Assembly (NCBI GenBank): GCA_046757025.1 | Contig: JBHHXN010000022.1 | Coordinates: forward strand, 1-47,822 | DNA: 47,822 nt | DNA from: a bacterium | GTDB lineage: Bacteria; Zhuqueibacterota; Zhuqueibacteria; Oceanimicrobiales; Oceanimicrobiaceae | Direction of reading: 5' to 3' | In this document: one piece after another, positions 1 to 12,330 of the stretch | Layout of the letters: the number at the start of each line of letters is the position of its first letter | Position numbering within the stretch: position 1 is the first letter of the stretch | The notes under the pieces: generated by a model | Databases searched by the model: none | Told to the model about the DNA's origin: nothing | The model's input: only the letters and a program-made list of their open reading frames with translations | Position numbers and translations under genes: made by a program

Positions 1-54
1 TAGAGCACTGGTCTCCAAAACCAGCGGCTGCGGGTTCAAGTCCTGCCTCACCTG
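1..54 (+). tRNA. tRNA-Trp(CCA), 5'-truncated by the window edge; 3' CCA not encoded
   Basis: Anticodon stem CTGGT(8-12)/ACCAG(20-24) with loop CTCCAAA (anticodon CCA, 15-17); T-arm GCGGG-TTCAAGT-CCTGC (30-46); acceptor strand CTCACCT plus discriminator G54, followed by CTA; classic position upstream of secE. Confidence 0.95.
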
Positions 55-83
55 CTAACTATTAAAAGACTGAACGGGAAAAA

Positions 84-272
84 ATGAAATTAATCGAAAA
101 GCCGACCAAATTTTTTACCGATGTAAACCAGGAAATGTCCAAGGTCAGTTGGCCGACTTATGAAGAATTAAAGGGGTCGACCATTGTTGTGGTGATTTTG
201 TCGATTTTGCTGGCAACATTTATTTTTTTCATTGACACCATCTTGCGAAATATTATCAAGGTGATATTCTAA
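84..272 (+). CDS. secE: Preprotein translocase subunit SecE (single-TM type)
   Basis: EMSKVSWPT motif, one hydrophobic helix, between tRNA-Trp and nusG. Confidence 0.95.
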   Translation: MKLIEKPTKFFTDVNQEMSKVSWPTYEELKGSTIVVVILSILLATFIFFIDTILRNIIKVIF

Positions 273-282
273 GGGTGAGCCA

Positions 283-825
283 TTGAGTGAAGATGAAAAA
301 AAGTGGTTTGCCATTCACGTGCTCTCCGGGCACGAGAATAAAGTCAAAACGTATTTAGAAAATGAAATTCAGCGCGTGGGGCTATCTGAGAAAATCACTC
401 AGATATTGATTCCTGCTGAAGAAGTCACTGAGATGCGGGATGGCAAACGCAAAGTTAAAAACAAAGTATTTTTTCCGGGCTACATGTTGGTGGAGCTGAT
501 ACTCGATAAAGAAACACAGTATCTCATTTTAAACACGCCCGGGGTCACAAACTTTGTGGGGCCGAAAAACAGGCCACAGCCGTTGCGGCAGGATGAAATT
601 GACAGAATTCTTGGCAGGGTGGAGGAAAGCGTCTCAAAAGAAGTTCTAGATGTGCCTTTCCGAGTTGGTGATCCCATTAAAGTTATTGACGGGCCATTTA
701 CTGATTTCTCGGGGTTCGTTGAAGATATTAATAAGGAAAAGAAAAAAGTCAAAGTGATGGTGAGTATCTTTGGCCGCTCAACGCCACTGGAGCTGGATTT
801 TTTACAGGTTGAACTAGAAAAATAG
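283..825 (+). CDS. nusG: Transcription termination/antitermination factor NusG (TTG start)
   Basis: KWFAIHVLSGHENKV, FFPGYMLVE, KOW domain DGPFTDFSG..IFGRSTPLEL. Confidence 0.98.
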   Translation: MSEDEKKWFAIHVLSGHENKVKTYLENEIQRVGLSEKITQILIPAEEVTEMRDGKRKVKNKVFFPGYMLVELILDKETQYLILNTPGVTNFVGPKNRPQPLRQDEIDRILGRVEESVSKEVLDVPFRVGDPIKVIDGPFTDFSGFVEDINKEKKKVKVMVSIFGRSTPLELDFLQVELEK

Positions 826-851
826 CTTAAATTAAGGAGAGAGATTTTTAA

Positions 852-1274
852 ATGGCGAAAAAAGTAATTGCCTCCATCAAATTGCAAATTCCAGCCGGGC
901 AGGCAAATCCATCCCCACCAGTGGGGCCCGCGCTTGGTCAGGCCGGCGTCAATATCATGGAATTTTGTAAAGCATTCAATGCCCGTACACAAGACAAACA
1001 AGGATTAATTATTCCGGTCGTCATCACCGTCTTCGCGGATCGGTCGTTTACGTTTATTACCAAAACCCCGCCAGCCGCAGTTCTCCTTAAAAAAGCCGCG
1101 GGTCTGGAAAAAGGCTCTGGTGAGCCGAATCGGGATAAAGTGGGTAAAGTATCTCGGAGCCAGGTAGAAGAAATCGCTCAAACAAAAATGCAGGATTTGA
1201 ATGCGAACGATATTGAAGCGGCCATGCGAATGGTGGAAGGTACCGCGAGAAGCATGGGTATTGTGGTTGAATAA
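852..1274 (+). CDS. rplK: 50S ribosomal protein L11
   Basis: [25 protein letters not shown]. Confidence 0.99.
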   Translation: MAKKVIASIKLQIPAGQANPSPPVGPALGQAGVNIMEFCKAFNARTQDKQGLIIPVVITVFADRSFTFITKTPPAAVLLKKAAGLEKGSGEPNRDKVGKVSRSQVEEIAQTKMQDLNANDIEAAMRMVEGTARSMGIVVE

Positions 1275-1298
1275 AGTTACTTATTAGTGGATGAGGAA

Positions 1299-2000
1299 AT
1301 GAAGAAAAGCAAAAGATTTAATCAGATGGTATCGCTCATTGAAGCGGGTAAAGATTATTCACTGGAAGAAGCGGTGGGGTTGATCAAAAAAACCGCCACG
1401 GCCAAATTTGATGAAGCCGTTGAGATTTCGGTGAATTTGGGTGTGGACCCGCGGCACGCAGACCAGGTGGTTCGAGGGACGGTTTCGCTGCCTCATGGCA
1501 TCGGTAAGGATGTGCGGGTGTTGGTGCTTACGAAAGGCGAAAAGGAGGAAGAGGCGCGGGAAAGTGGAGCAGATTATGTGGGATTTGAGGAGTACATTAA
1601 AAAAATAAAAGAGGGTTGGCTGGATTTTGACGTGGTGGTGGCCACTCCAGACGCCATGGCAGAAGTTGGCAAGCTGGGCAAAGTGTTAGGGCCGCGCGGT
1701 TTAATGCCGAACCCCAAAAGCGGCACCGTAACCCGAGATGTGGGGAAAGCGGTAAAAGAGTTGAAAGCGGGCAAAATAGAGTTTCGTGTAGATAAAAACG
1801 GCATTCTTCACGTTTCCGTGGGGCGGGCTTCTTTTGAGGAAAACAAGCTGCGTGAAAATATTTTGGCTTTTATGGAAACGGTTTTACGCTTGAAACCAGC
1901 GGCCGCCAAGGGGCAGTATGTGAAAGACGTGACGCTCTCTAGCACCATGGGGCCGGGAATTCGAGTTGACCGTACGGAATTGTTGAACGCATTACGTTAA
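1299..2000 (+). CDS. rplA: 50S ribosomal protein L1 (ATG 1299 preferred over GTG 1287)
   Basis: [39 protein letters not shown] just upstream of ATG 1299. Confidence 0.98.
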   Translation: MKKSKRFNQMVSLIEAGKDYSLEEAVGLIKKTATAKFDEAVEISVNLGVDPRHADQVVRGTVSLPHGIGKDVRVLVLTKGEKEEEARESGADYVGFEEYIKKIKEGWLDFDVVVATPDAMAEVGKLGKVLGPRGLMPNPKSGTVTRDVGKAVKELKAGKIEFRVDKNGILHVSVGRASFEENKLRENILAFMETVLRLKPAAAKGQYVKDVTLSSTMGPGIRVDRTELLNALR

Positions 2001-2028
2001 TCCACAGCCATAAAAAGTAGGAATAAAC

Positions 2029-2550
2029 ATGCCAAGAGTTGAAAAAATTGCCATCGTCGAAGAAATTGCAAAAAAAATTGATGAATCAAAAAGCGTCTAT
2101 TTGACGGATTTTACCGGATTAAATGTTGAAGAAATTAGTGAATTGCGGAGAGCATTTCGCGGGGCATCTGTCCAGTATCAGGTGGTGAAAAATACCTTAG
2201 CCCGATTGTCCGTGAAATCTTTGGGGCGGGACGATTTGCTGGAGTATCTCGACGGCCCCACGGCCATGGCGTTCAGTCAGGACGATCCGGCTGCGCCAGC
2301 GCGCGTTCTCAGAGATTTCGCCAAAGGCAAAGATAAACCAAAGATCAAAGCGTTTATTTTTGACGGTGAATTGCTCGGCGCTGAGCGGCTGAATGAAATT
2401 GCCAATTTACCCAGCAGAGAAGCCTTGCTTTCGCAGGTCGTGGGCGGATTAAAGGCCCCGCTTTCAAATCTGGTCTATTCTTTGAATGGATTGCTGAATA
2501 AATTAGTCAATGTTTTAGATGCAGTTAAAAAACAAAAAGAAGAATCTTAA
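2029..2550 (+). CDS. rplJ: 50S ribosomal protein L10
   Basis: VVKNTLARL, LDGPTAMAF, ANLPSREALL; synteny. Confidence 0.97.
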   Translation: MPRVEKIAIVEEIAKKIDESKSVYLTDFTGLNVEEISELRRAFRGASVQYQVVKNTLARLSVKSLGRDDLLEYLDGPTAMAFSQDDPAAPARVLRDFAKGKDKPKIKAFIFDGELLGAERLNEIANLPSREALLSQVVGGLKAPLSNLVYSLNGLLNKLVNVLDAVKKQKEES

Positions 2551-2589
2551 AATTTAATTTAAATACTTTCTCTATTTAAGGAGGTTGAA

Positions 2590-3054
2590 ATGGCGGAAGC
2601 TAAACAAACCGAAGAAGTAAAAGAAAAGACCAAAACGAAATCGAAAGCCAGTAAGGGCGGCAACGGTACCGTTAATTCTGTTTTAGAAACCATCGAAAAA
2701 ATGACGGTTCTGGAATTGTCCGATCTGGTAAAAGCCATCGAAGAGCGCTTTGGAGTGACAGCTCAAGCGCCGGTGATGGCAGCCATGCCGGGTGCGGGAG
2801 TCGCTGCGGGTGGCACGCCCGCGGCAGATGCAGCGGAAGAAAAAACCGAGTTTGATGTTGTCCTGGCAGCGGCCGGCGATAAAAAGATTCAGGTGATTAA
2901 AGTCGTGCGTTCGGTCACAGATTTAGGCTTAAAAGAAGCAAAAGACCTGGTGGATTCTGCTCCAAAAGCCGTGAAAGAAGGCATTTCCAAGGATGAAGCA
3001 GAAGATTTGAAAAAGAAGTTGGAAGAGGTTGGAGCTACCGTCGAGCTCAAGTAA
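2590..3054 (+). CDS. rplL: 50S ribosomal protein L7/L12 with N-terminal extension
   Basis: [39 protein letters not shown]; strong AAGGAGG SD before ATG 2590. Confidence 0.97.
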   Translation: MAEAKQTEEVKEKTKTKSKASKGGNGTVNSVLETIEKMTVLELSDLVKAIEERFGVTAQAPVMAAMPGAGVAAGGTPAADAAEEKTEFDVVLAAAGDKKIQVIKVVRSVTDLGLKEAKDLVDSAPKAVKEGISKDEAEDLKKKLEEVGATVELK

Positions 3055-3092
3055 TTTTACCCAATATTCTAACTATTGAGGTGTCAAATTTT

Positions 3093-6000
3093 ATGCAAAA
3101 TATGAGCAGCAGGAAGTCCTTTTCCAAATTAACTCAAGTTATCGACTTCCCAGACTTGTTGGATATCCAAATAAAGTCCTTCAAAGATTTTTTGCAAGCC
3201 GATGTGCCGCCAGATAAGCGGAAAAATGAAGGATTGCACGAAGTATTCAACAATGTTTTCCCCATCCTGGATAGTAGGGAAAACTTTTGTCTGGAATACG
3301 TAGAGTATTATATTGAAAAGCCCAAATACGATATCGTGGAATGTCAGGAGCGGGGCGTTACCTATGCCGTGCCGCTCAAAGCCAAATTAAGGCTTTCCAT
3401 GAAAGATGAATACGGCGACGGTAAAGATTTTGCAGAAACCGTTGAGAATATTGTCTATCTGGGAAACATTCCTTATATGACCCACAGAGGTACTTTCATC
3501 ATTAACGGCGCTGAAAGAATCATCGTCAGCCAGCTTCATCGATCGCCGGGGGTGTTTTTCGATGAAATGCTTCATCCCAATGGTACCAAAATATTTTCTG
3601 CGCGAATCATCCCGTTGCGAGGCTCCTGGGTTGAATTTACCACCGATATCAATGATGTGCTGTATGTGTATATCGATCGGCGCAAAAAGTTTCCTGTGAC
3701 AACTTTTCTGCGGGCATTGGGCTACTCAACGGATAAAGATTTGTTGAATCTTTTCAATTTGATAGATGAGGTGTCGCTTAAATCGACCAAAGTCAGTGAC
3801 CTGGTAGGGCGAATTTCTATCACAGATGTCATTGATAAAGATACCGGCGAATTGCTGGTGGAAAAGGACGCGGAACTTACGGAAGAGTCCATCGAGCAGA
3901 TAAAAAAGATAGGCCTTAAAACTATCAAATTGCTCAAACCCGATGGTTTAGCCGGCCCGGAAGTTATCAGCAACACCTTGCGCAAAGATACGGCAAAATC
4001 GGAAGAAGATGCGTTAGAGGCCATCTATCGTCATCTTCGTTCCAGTGAAGCGCCGGATATCGAAACCGCACGCAGTTTGATCGAGCGGATGTTTTTCAAT
4101 CCTAAAAGGTACGATCTGGGCAACGTGGGTCGATATCGAGTCAACAGAAAACTCGATCTGGATATTCCATTGGAGACCACGGTTCTCACACGGGAAGATA
4201 TCATTGCCATCATTAAATATTTGTTGGAGCTGCGAGGAGGCATTCGAAGCGCAGATGACATCGATCATCTCGGAAACCGAAGAATTCGAACAGTTGGTGA
4301 ACAGCTTTCGGCGCAAATGACTTTGGGATTGTCTCGCATGGCGCGAACTATTAAAGAAAGAATGAATTTGCGCGACACGGAAAAATTGAGTCCTCAAGAT
4401 TTGGTGAACGCTCGAACCATTTTTTCTGTGATAAATACTTTTTTCGGAACGAGCCAGCTTTCGCAATTTATGGACCAGACGAACCCACTGGCGGAATTAA
4501 CTCACAAACGTCGATTGTCGGCCCTGGGACCGGGTGGCTTGACCCGCGAGCGCGCCGGCTTTGAAGTGCGCGATGTGCACTACACGCATTACGGTCGCCT
4601 GTGCCCCATCGAAACGCCCGAAGGTCCGAACATTGGTTTGATTTCGTCATTAACCACTTTTGCGCGCATCAACCATTTTGGTTTTATTGAAACCCCTTAC
4701 AGAAAGGTCACCAAAGGCAAAGTCGCAGATAAAATTGAATATTTATCTGCTGATGATGAAGACCAGTATGTGATTGCGCAAGCCAACGCACCGCTGGATA
4801 AAAAGGGAAAATTTGTTCGTGAGCGAGTGAAGGCGCGTCACAAAGGAGACTTTCCTTTAAGCCCACCCTCTGAAGTGGATTTCATGGATGTTTCCCCAAG
4901 TCAGATCGTCTCGGCCGCAGCCGCTTTGATTCCGTTTTTAGAGCACGACGACGCAAACCGAGCACTCATGGGCTCCAATATGCAGCGTCAGGCCGTGCCC
5001 TTGTTGCGAACCGATTCGCCGTTGGTGGGTACGGGCATGGAAGCAAAGGTAGCAAAGGATTCCCGCGCTATGGTGCTTTCCACAGTTAATGGTGTGGTTG
5101 CTGAAGTCAACTCTAATAGAATCGTGGTTCGAAAAGAAGTCAGTGAAAAATCGAAATTGAATCTCGAAGAGCTGCTAAATTTTGATGAAACCGATCTCGT
5201 TTCTTATCGATTGACAAAATTTGCTCGTACCAACCAGGATACTTGTATTAATCAGCGGCCTGTCGTGCGGGAAGGTCAGAAGGTGAAAGTGGGCGACGTG
5301 CTGGCGGATGGCTGTGCCACTCAGGGGGGTGAGCTGGCGCTGGGAAGAAATGTGTTGGTGGCATACATGCCCTGGCGCGGTTATAATTTTGAGGATGCCA
5401 TCGTCATTTCTGAAAGAATGGTTAAGGAAGATATATTTACTTCCATCCATATTGAAGAATTTGAATTGCAGGTTCGGGATACTAAACGCGGAGAAGAGGA
5501 GCTGACCAGAGAGATTCCCAATGTGAGCGAAGAAACCACCAAGGATTTGGATGAAAATGGTATCATTCGAGTCGGAGCCGAAGTGCAGGCTGGCGACATT
5601 CTGGTTGGCAAGGTCACCCCAAAAGGAGAAACCGATCCCACTCCCGAAGAAAAACTATTAAAGGCGATTTTTGGTGAAAAAGCCGGCGACGTGAAAGATG
5701 CTTCCTTAAAAGCGCCTCCAGGTATGCGGGGCGTGGTCATCGATACCAAGCTATTCACGCGCAAGAAAAAGGACACAAAAACCAAGCGCAAAGATAAAAA
5801 ACAACTGGAAGAATTGGAAGCATGGTTTCATTCTGAGCTTCTGCGAGTGGTTAAGTTTCGGGATTCGAAGCTTAAGTCGGTACTGGAAGGCAAATCTTCG
5901 ACATCCATCAGAGACAAAAATAAAGAACGTATCGTCATCAGAAGCAATACTCTGTTTACATCCGAGCGGATGGAGCAAATCGATTTTGACACGCTTGATT

Positions 6001-6893
6001 TAAGCGAAGGTCTTTGCGATGATAAAAAAACCAACGAGCTGGTTCAGAAAATTTTGTCAGCTTATGAGGCAAAAATCAACGAGCTGAAAGAAGATTTCGA
6101 AAATAAAAAATTCAAAATTGATGTCGGAGATGAATTGCCTCCGGGCATTGTGCAGCTTGCGAAGGTGTATGTTGCCAAAAAACGCAAATTGATGATGGGG
6201 GATAAAATGGCGGGACGCCATGGCAACAAGGGTGTGGTCGCGAAAATCGTTCCGGTAGAGGATATGCCCTACATGCCGGATGGTACGCCGGTGGACATTG
6301 TATTAAATCCGCTTGGCGTGCCTTCGCGTATGAACTTAGGTCAGATATTCGAAGCCAACCTGGGTTGGGCGGCGCATGTGTTGAACACAAAATACGCGAC
6401 GCCGGTTTTCGATGGCGCCTCCAACGATGAGATTCGGGAAGAAATGCACAAAGCCGGCATACCCGAAGATGGGAAGTCTATTCTGTACGATGGTCGAACT
6501 GGTGAAAAAATAGATAATCCCGTCACCGTGGGCTATATCTATATCATGAAATTGTCGCACTTAGTTGAAGACAAAATTCATGCTCGCTCCATTGGTCCGT
6601 ATTCGCTCATTACGCAACAGCCGCTCGGTGGTAAAGCGCAATTCGGCGGTCAGCGATTTGGCGAAATGGAGGTCTGGGCGCTGGAAGCCTACGGAGCCGC
6701 ACATGCTCTACAGGAAATACTCACGGTCAAGTCCGATGACGTGCGAGGCCGCTCCAAGGTTTATGAGGCCATTGTCAAAGGCGACAACTTACCGGAACCG
6801 GGATTGCCAGAATCGTTTAATGTCCTCATTCGAGAGTTGCAAGGACTGGGGCTTGATGTTGAGTTATTGGACAAAAACGACGGAAAACCATGA
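3093..6893 (+). CDS. rpoB: RNA polymerase beta subunit (ATG 3093 preferred over GTG 3081)
   Basis: [50 protein letters not shown] at 3078-3083. Confidence 0.99.
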   Translation: MQNMSSRKSFSKLTQVIDFPDLLDIQIKSFKDFLQADVPPDKRKNEGLHEVFNNVFPILDSRENFCLEYVEYYIEKPKYDIVECQERGVTYAVPLKAKLRLSMKDEYGDGKDFAETVENIVYLGNIPYMTHRGTFIINGAERIIVSQLHRSPGVFFDEMLHPNGTKIFSARIIPLRGSWVEFTTDINDVLYVYIDRRKKFPVTTFLRALGYSTDKDLLNLFNLIDEVSLKSTKVSDLVGRISITDVIDKDTGELLVEKDAELTEESIEQIKKIGLKTIKLLKPDGLAGPEVISNTLRKDTAKSEEDALEAIYRHLRSSEAPDIETARSLIERMFFNPKRYDLGNVGRYRVNRKLDLDIPLETTVLTREDIIAIIKYLLELRGGIRSADDIDHLGNRRIRTVGEQLSAQMTLGLSRMARTIKERMNLRDTEKLSPQDLVNARTIFSVINTFFGTSQLSQFMDQTNPLAELTHKRRLSALGPGGLTRERAGFEVRDVHYTHYGRLCPIETPEGPNIGLISSLTTFARINHFGFIETPYRKVTKGKVADKIEYLSADDEDQYVIAQANAPLDKKGKFVRERVKARHKGDFPLSPPSEVDFMDVSPSQIVSAAAALIPFLEHDDANRALMGSNMQRQAVPLLRTDSPLVGTGMEAKVAKDSRAMVLSTVNGVVAEVNSNRIVVRKEVSEKSKLNLEELLNFDETDLVSYRLTKFARTNQDTCINQRPVVREGQKVKVGDVLADGCATQGGELALGRNVLVAYMPWRGYNFEDAIVISERMVKEDIFTSIHIEEFELQVRDTKRGEEELTREIPNVSEETTKDLDENGIIRVGAEVQAGDILVGKVTPKGETDPTPEEKLLKAIFGEKAGDVKDASLKAPPGMRGVVIDTKLFTRKKKDTKTKRKDKKQLEELEAWFHSELLRVVKFRDSKLKSVLEGKSSTSIRDKNKERIVIRSNTLFTSERMEQIDFDTLDLSEGLCDDKKTNELVQKILSAYEAKINELKEDFENKKFKIDVGDELPPGIVQLAKVYVAKKRKLMMGDKMAGRHGNKGVVAKIVPVEDMPYMPDGTPVDIVLNPLGVPSRMNLGQIFEANLGWAAHVLNTKYATPVFDGASNDEIREEMHKAGIPEDGKSILYDGRTGEKIDNPVTVGYIYIMKLSHLVEDKIHARSIGPYSLITQQPLGGKAQFGGQRFGEMEVWALEAYGAAHALQEILTVKSDDVRGRSKVYEAIVKGDNLPEPGLPESFNVLIRELQGLGLDVELLDKNDGKP

Positions 6894-6957
6894 GTGCTGT
6901 AATCGTTGTTTTCCTACATATACCAATATTACCTATTTCTAAATAGGAGGTGGAACC

Positions 6958-9900
6958 TTGGCATATTTAAATAGGCAAGAAAAGTCCACAAAAAAATCAT
7001 TTGACGCTATTTCAATCAGCCTGGCTTCTTCAGATAAAATCCTCGAAAGGTCTTACGGGGAAGTCACCAAGCCAGAAACCATAAATTACCGTTCTTTCAA
7101 ACCAGAAAAGGACGGCTTGTTTTGTGAAAAGATTTTCGGCCCTGTTCGCGACTGGGAGTGCCATTGCGGTAAGTACAAACGGATTCGTTACAAAGGTATC
7201 ATTTGCGACCGCTGTGGTGTGGAAGTCACCACAAAGAGTGTGCGCAGAGAAAGAATGGGGCATATTTCCCTGGCTGTGCCGGTGGTGCACATCTGGTTCT
7301 GGAAGTCCCTCCCTTCAAAAATTGGCTACATTCTGGGAATCAGCGCCAAAGAATTGGAGCGTATCATTTATTACGAATCGTACGTGGTAATTGAGCCTGG
7401 TAACAGTGGTTTGAGGGAAAAAGAGCTGATCTCGGAAGAAGATTATTTTCGCATCATGAGCGAGTATTCTGAAAATTCCGATGAAAATGAACCGCAACAA
7501 GAAGAAGAATCGGCTTTTGTGGCCAAAATTGGCGGCGAAGCCATCATCGATTTACTGAGAAAAACCGACATTCAAGTGCTATCGGTTGAATTGCGTCGAC
7601 AGGCAAAAGAGGAAACTTCCTTTCAACGCAAAAACGACGCGCTGAAACGCTTGCGAGTTATTGAATCCTTCAAAAAGAGTACCAACCGACCGGAGTGGAT
7701 GGTGCTTTCGGTGATTCCGGTTATTCCGCCAGAGCTGCGCCCATTGGTTCCGCTTGAAGGCGGTCGTTTTGCTACCAGCGACTTGAATGATTTATACCGA
7801 CGCGTGATCATCAGAAATAACCGCTTAAAAAAATTAATGGAAATCAAGGCGCCGGAAGTCATTCTACGCAACGAAAAAAGAATGTTACAGGAAGCCGTAG
7901 ATGCGTTGTTCGACAACGGTCGAAAAACCGCGGCTGTGCGCGGCGATGGAAATCGTCCACTGAAATCCCTTTCTGATATGTTGAGGGGTAAGCAGGGCCG
8001 TTTTCGCCAAAACCTTCTCGGAAAGCGCATTGACTACTCTGGCCGTTCGGTTATTGTGGTGGGCCCGGAGCTGAAGATTCATGAGTGCGGCCTGCCTAAA
8101 GAAATGGCATTGGAATTGTTTAAGCCGTTTGTCATTCGAAAGTTAGTAGAGCGGGGTCTCGTGAAAACCGTTAAAAGCGCGAAAAAAATGGTGGATCGGC
8201 GTGGCTCCGAGGTCTGGGATATTTTAGAGGAAATCATAGATGACCATCCTGTACTTTTAAACCGCGCGCCCACACTTCACCGACTCGGAATTCAGGCATT
8301 TCAACCAATTTTGATTGAAGGCAAAGCCATTCAAATTCATCCACTGGTCTGTGCGGCTTTTAATGCGGATTTCGATGGCGACCAAATGGCCGTGCATGTG
8401 CCGTTGTCTTATTATTCGCAGATTGAAACGCGTCTGCTCATGCTTTCCAGTCACAATATTCTTTCCCCGGCGAACGGTCGGCCCCTGGCGATTCCCAGTC
8501 AGGATATCGTGCTGGGTATTTACTACCTGACAAAAATGAACGAAGGCGAGTTAGGCGAGGGGAAACTTTTTTCTTCAGTTGATGAAGTCTTGATCGCTTA
8601 CAATGACCATAAAATTGCTCTGCATGCTAAAATTAAAGTTCGAGTGAATGGTGAGATTATCGATACCACAACCGGCCGGGTCATTTTAAATCAGTACATG
8701 CCCAAAGAAATTAATTTTGTAAATGAGCTGCTCACCAAACGCCGAATTGAAGCGATTGCCGCTGAGGTTTACAGCCAGCTTGGAAATTATGATACCGCGT
8801 TGTTTCTGGATAATCTCAAAGAGCTGGGTTTTTATTATGCCATGAAGTCGGGTGCCACTGTGGGCATTGATGATGTCAAGATTCCAGAAGAGAAGCCCGA
8901 ATTGCTGGAAAAGGCCAACAAAACAGTGAACACGATTCAAGGTCAGTATGAAAAGGGAATTATCACCGACGGGGAGCGATATAATAAGATCATCGACATC
9001 TGGACGCACACCACCAGCGATGTGGCGGAAAAATTGTTTGCACATTTAGAACAAGAGCGTAACGGCTTTAATCCGATTTATATGATGGCCGACTCGGGTG
9101 CACGAGGCTCCAAAGAGCAGATTCGTCAGTTGGCCGGTATGCGTGGTTTGATGGCCAAGCCCCAGAAAAAGATGACCGGACAAATGGGTGAAATAATTGA
9201 AGATCCCATTACGGCGAATTTCAGAGAAGGATTGTCGGTGCTGGAATATTTCATTTCAACCCATGGCGCCAGAAAAGGTTTAGCCGATACGGCGTTGAAA
9301 ACCGCAGACGCCGGTTATCTCACCCGGCGGTTGGTGGATGTGGCACAAGACGTAATTATTACCGGCATAGATTGTAATACGATTTTAGGAATCCGAATCG
9401 GGGACCTAAAAGAAGGTGAAGAAATTATTGAACCGCTGAGCGATCGTATTTTAGGCCGCGTAGCTGCCGAAGATGTGTTTGATCCGGAATCCCAGGATGT
9501 CATCGTGGAAGCGGGAACCTTGATCGATGAAGCGATGGCCGATAAAATTTCCAACAGCGGTATCGAAACCGTCCGCATTCGTTCGGTTCTGACTTGCGAA
9601 TCAAAACGAGGAGTTTGCGCAGCTTGCTACGGCCGCAACATGGCAACGGGTAAATTGGTCGAAATAGGAGAAGCGGTTGGCGTCATGGCAGCTCAATCCA
9701 TTGGTGAGCCAGGAACGCAATTGACTTTGCGAACCTTTCATATCGGTGGTACGGCTGCTCGCATTGTGGAGCAATCGCAAGTGGTGGCGAAATATGGCGG
9801 TACGGTGCAATTTGAAAATCTCAAATTTATTACTCAAGCTGATGGCTCTGTGGTAACGGTGGGCAGAAACGGAAAACTACGCATCATTGATGACAACAAT

Positions 9901-11196
9901 CGAATGGTCGCTCACTATATCATTCCTTACGGCGCCCAGGTGACGGTTAAAGAAAATGAAAAGGTTGAAAAAGGCACCGTAGTATTTCAGTGGGATCCGT
10001 ACACAACGAGTATTCTATCCAATTACGACGGCTTTGTACAATATGTCGATTTAAAAGACAACGTGACGTTTAGAGAGGAATTGGATGAAACCACCGGCTT
10101 GAAGCAACGCGTGATTATCGAAACGCGCAATCGAAAATTGAGTCCGCAAATTGTCATACTGGGTAAAAATGGTGAGAAATTGAGCAGCTACATTTTGCCG
10201 ACAAGAGCGCACTTACAGGTACGGGACGATCAGCAAGTGAAAGCCGGGGATGTGCTGGTAAAAATCCCGCGGGAAATTGCCAAGACCCGCGATATTACGG
10301 GTGGGCTGCCGAGAGTGGCAGAGTTGTTTGAAGCGCGCAGACCAAAAGAACCGGCCATTGTAAGTGAAATTGACGGGACGGTCAGTTTTGGTGAAATCCG
10401 TCGAGGCGTGCGCCGTGTTTCTGTTACTTCCAAAGACAGGCAGGAAGAAAAGATTTACCTGATTCCCCATGGTAAGCACGTACTGGTACACGAAGGCGAT
10501 TACGTGCAAGCCGGCGAAAAATTATGCGAAGGCAGCGTGGCACCGGAGGATATTTTAAATATCATGGGTCCTAACAAAGTGCAGGAATATCTTGTAAACG
10601 AAATTCAGGAAGTTTATCGTTTACAGGGTGTGCGAATAAACGACAAGCACATCGAAGTGATTGTGCGGCAAATGCTGCAGAAAGTCAAAATTGAAGACGC
10701 CGGTGATACCATGTATTTAGAGGGCGACCAAGTGGACAAAATTTCATTTTTGGAAGAAAATGAAAAAATTCGTAATTATGTGGTCGTTACCGAAACCGGG
10801 GACTCCAGATTTCAGGAAAATGAGCTGGTTGAAATTGAAGAATTCGAAAAACAAAATGCCAAGCTCAAAGAAGCCGGCAAAACCCCAGCCAACTCCCGAC
10901 CCACGCAACCTGCGACCTTTTTACCGCTGTTGCTGGGCATCACCAAGGCATCGTTGACTACCGAGAGTTTTATATCAGCTGCATCATTTCAGGAAACAAC
11001 CCGCGTGTTAACGGATGCCTCCATCGAAGGGAAAGTGGATAATCTATTGGGATTGAAAGAAAATGTGATTATGGGCCACTTGATTCCAGCGGGCACCGGT
11101 TTGAGCAAATTCAAAAATATTCAAGTCAACTCCAAAGCCGATGAAGATGCTGAATTGCTGGGCCTCAAGGATGAATATCAAGCGGCGGTTGGCTAA
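6958..11196 (+). CDS. rpoC: RNA polymerase beta' subunit (TTG start)
   Basis: [12 protein letters not shown] catalytic motif, N-terminal Zn finger [29 protein letters not shown]. Confidence 0.99.
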   Translation: MAYLNRQEKSTKKSFDAISISLASSDKILERSYGEVTKPETINYRSFKPEKDGLFCEKIFGPVRDWECHCGKYKRIRYKGIICDRCGVEVTTKSVRRERMGHISLAVPVVHIWFWKSLPSKIGYILGISAKELERIIYYESYVVIEPGNSGLREKELISEEDYFRIMSEYSENSDENEPQQEEESAFVAKIGGEAIIDLLRKTDIQVLSVELRRQAKEETSFQRKNDALKRLRVIESFKKSTNRPEWMVLSVIPVIPPELRPLVPLEGGRFATSDLNDLYRRVIIRNNRLKKLMEIKAPEVILRNEKRMLQEAVDALFDNGRKTAAVRGDGNRPLKSLSDMLRGKQGRFRQNLLGKRIDYSGRSVIVVGPELKIHECGLPKEMALELFKPFVIRKLVERGLVKTVKSAKKMVDRRGSEVWDILEEIIDDHPVLLNRAPTLHRLGIQAFQPILIEGKAIQIHPLVCAAFNADFDGDQMAVHVPLSYYSQIETRLLMLSSHNILSPANGRPLAIPSQDIVLGIYYLTKMNEGELGEGKLFSSVDEVLIAYNDHKIALHAKIKVRVNGEIIDTTTGRVILNQYMPKEINFVNELLTKRRIEAIAAEVYSQLGNYDTALFLDNLKELGFYYAMKSGATVGIDDVKIPEEKPELLEKANKTVNTIQGQYEKGIITDGERYNKIIDIWTHTTSDVAEKLFAHLEQERNGFNPIYMMADSGARGSKEQIRQLAGMRGLMAKPQKKMTGQMGEIIEDPITANFREGLSVLEYFISTHGARKGLADTALKTADAGYLTRRLVDVAQDVIITGIDCNTILGIRIGDLKEGEEIIEPLSDRILGRVAAEDVFDPESQDVIVEAGTLIDEAMADKISNSGIETVRIRSVLTCESKRGVCAACYGRNMATGKLVEIGEAVGVMAAQSIGEPGTQLTLRTFHIGGTAARIVEQSQVVAKYGGTVQFENLKFITQADGSVVTVGRNGKLRIIDDNNRMVAHYIIPYGAQVTVKENEKVEKGTVVFQWDPYTTSILSNYDGFVQYVDLKDNVTFREELDETTGLKQRVIIETRNRKLSPQIVILGKNGEKLSSYILPTRAHLQVRDDQQVKAGDVLVKIPREIAKTRDITGGLPRVAELFEARRPKEPAIVSEIDGTVSFGEIRRGVRRVSVTSKDRQEEKIYLIPHGKHVLVHEGDYVQAGEKLCEGSVAPEDILNIMGPNKVQEYLVNEIQEVYRLQGVRINDKHIEVIVRQMLQKVKIEDAGDTMYLEGDQVDKISFLEENEKIRNYVVVTETGDSRFQENELVEIEEFEKQNAKLKEAGKTPANSRPTQPATFLPLLLGITKASLTTESFISAASFQETTRVLTDASIEGKVDNLLGLKENVIMGHLIPAGTGLSKFKNIQVNSKADEDAELLGLKDEYQAAVG

Positions 11197-11246
11197 AAAT
11201 GGTATAAAATAGAATGAAAAAATTATCGCTAAATGATAAAAATTTG

Positions 11247-11275
11247 TTGCATTTTTCTATTCCATTTTTTATATT
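11247..11275 (+). promoter_or_regulatory. Putative sigma70 promoter of the str operon
   Basis: TTGCAT-N17-TATATT in the AT-rich rpoC-rpsL spacer. Confidence 0.6.
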
Positions 11276-11302
11276 TAAAGTCTTTAATATAAAGGATATA
11301 TT

Positions 11303-11677
11303 TTGCCAACAATCAATCAGTTAATCAGATCAGGACGCAAGAAAGTCGTCAAGAAAATTACAGCGCCGGCACTCACCGGTTCCCCCCAACGACGCGGGGT
11401 TTGCACGCGGGTTTACACCACGACGCCCAAAAAGCCGAACTCAGCGTTGAGGAAGGTAGCGCGCGTCAGATTGACCAACGGATTTGAAGTCACCGCGTAT
11501 ATTCCGGGCGAAGGTCATAATTTGCAGGAGCATTCGATTGTATTGATTCGAGGAGGAAGAGTCAAAGATTTACCAGGTGTGCGTTACCATATAGTTCGAG
11601 GTGTGTATGATACCGGCGGTGTGCAAGACCGTAATCAGGGCCGCTCTAAATACGGCACCAAATTGAAAAGTTCGTAG
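11303..11677 (+). CDS. rpsL: 30S ribosomal protein S12 (TTG start)
   Basis: [28 protein letters not shown]. Confidence 0.99.
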   Translation: MPTINQLIRSGRKKVVKKITAPALTGSPQRRGVCTRVYTTTPKKPNSALRKVARVRLTNGFEVTAYIPGEGHNLQEHSIVLIRGGRVKDLPGVRYHIVRGVYDTGGVQDRNQGRSKYGTKLKSS

Positions 11678-11681
11678 ATAA

Positions 11682-12167
<486 letters not shown>

Positions 12168-12226
12168 CAAATCTTACACGTCTTGTGTTGGAATTAACAA
12201 AGATAAGCTAATTAATTAATAATATT

Positions 12227-12257
12227 AGGGAAGTGAAGCAACGGTACTTCCCTTTTT
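12227..12257 (+). terminator. Terminator-like hairpin in the rpsG-fusA spacer (possible attenuator)
   Basis: AGGGAAGT/ACTTCCCT perfect 8-bp stem followed by a short T-run. Confidence 0.45.
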
Positions 12258-12330
12258 CATGCAATGTTGCGCGTTGAAAGGCGCAGCAATTGACAAATGT
12301 GAATAAAAAACAGGTTTAACAGACATATAT

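Noticed and set aside
480..1001. 173-aa minus-strand ORF (representative of the many antisense ORFs in the track, e.g. 4014-4466 and 46056-46598)
   Set aside because: Antisense shadows of highly conserved + strand genes; no recognisable motifs or RBS
4440..4545. Rifampicin-resistance substitutions in RpoB (and streptomycin resistance in S12)
   Set aside because: Cluster I ([25 protein letters not shown]) and S12 PKKPNS/RVKD are the standard sensitive-type sequences
6565..6942. 125-aa alternate-frame ORF overlapping the rpoB 3' end
   Set aside because: rpoB is complete in its own frame; no slippery site or recognisable domain
3093..11196. Inteins, introns or an rpoB-rpoC fusion
   Set aside because: Both ORFs are of normal length, separately terminated, with no intein or intron signatures
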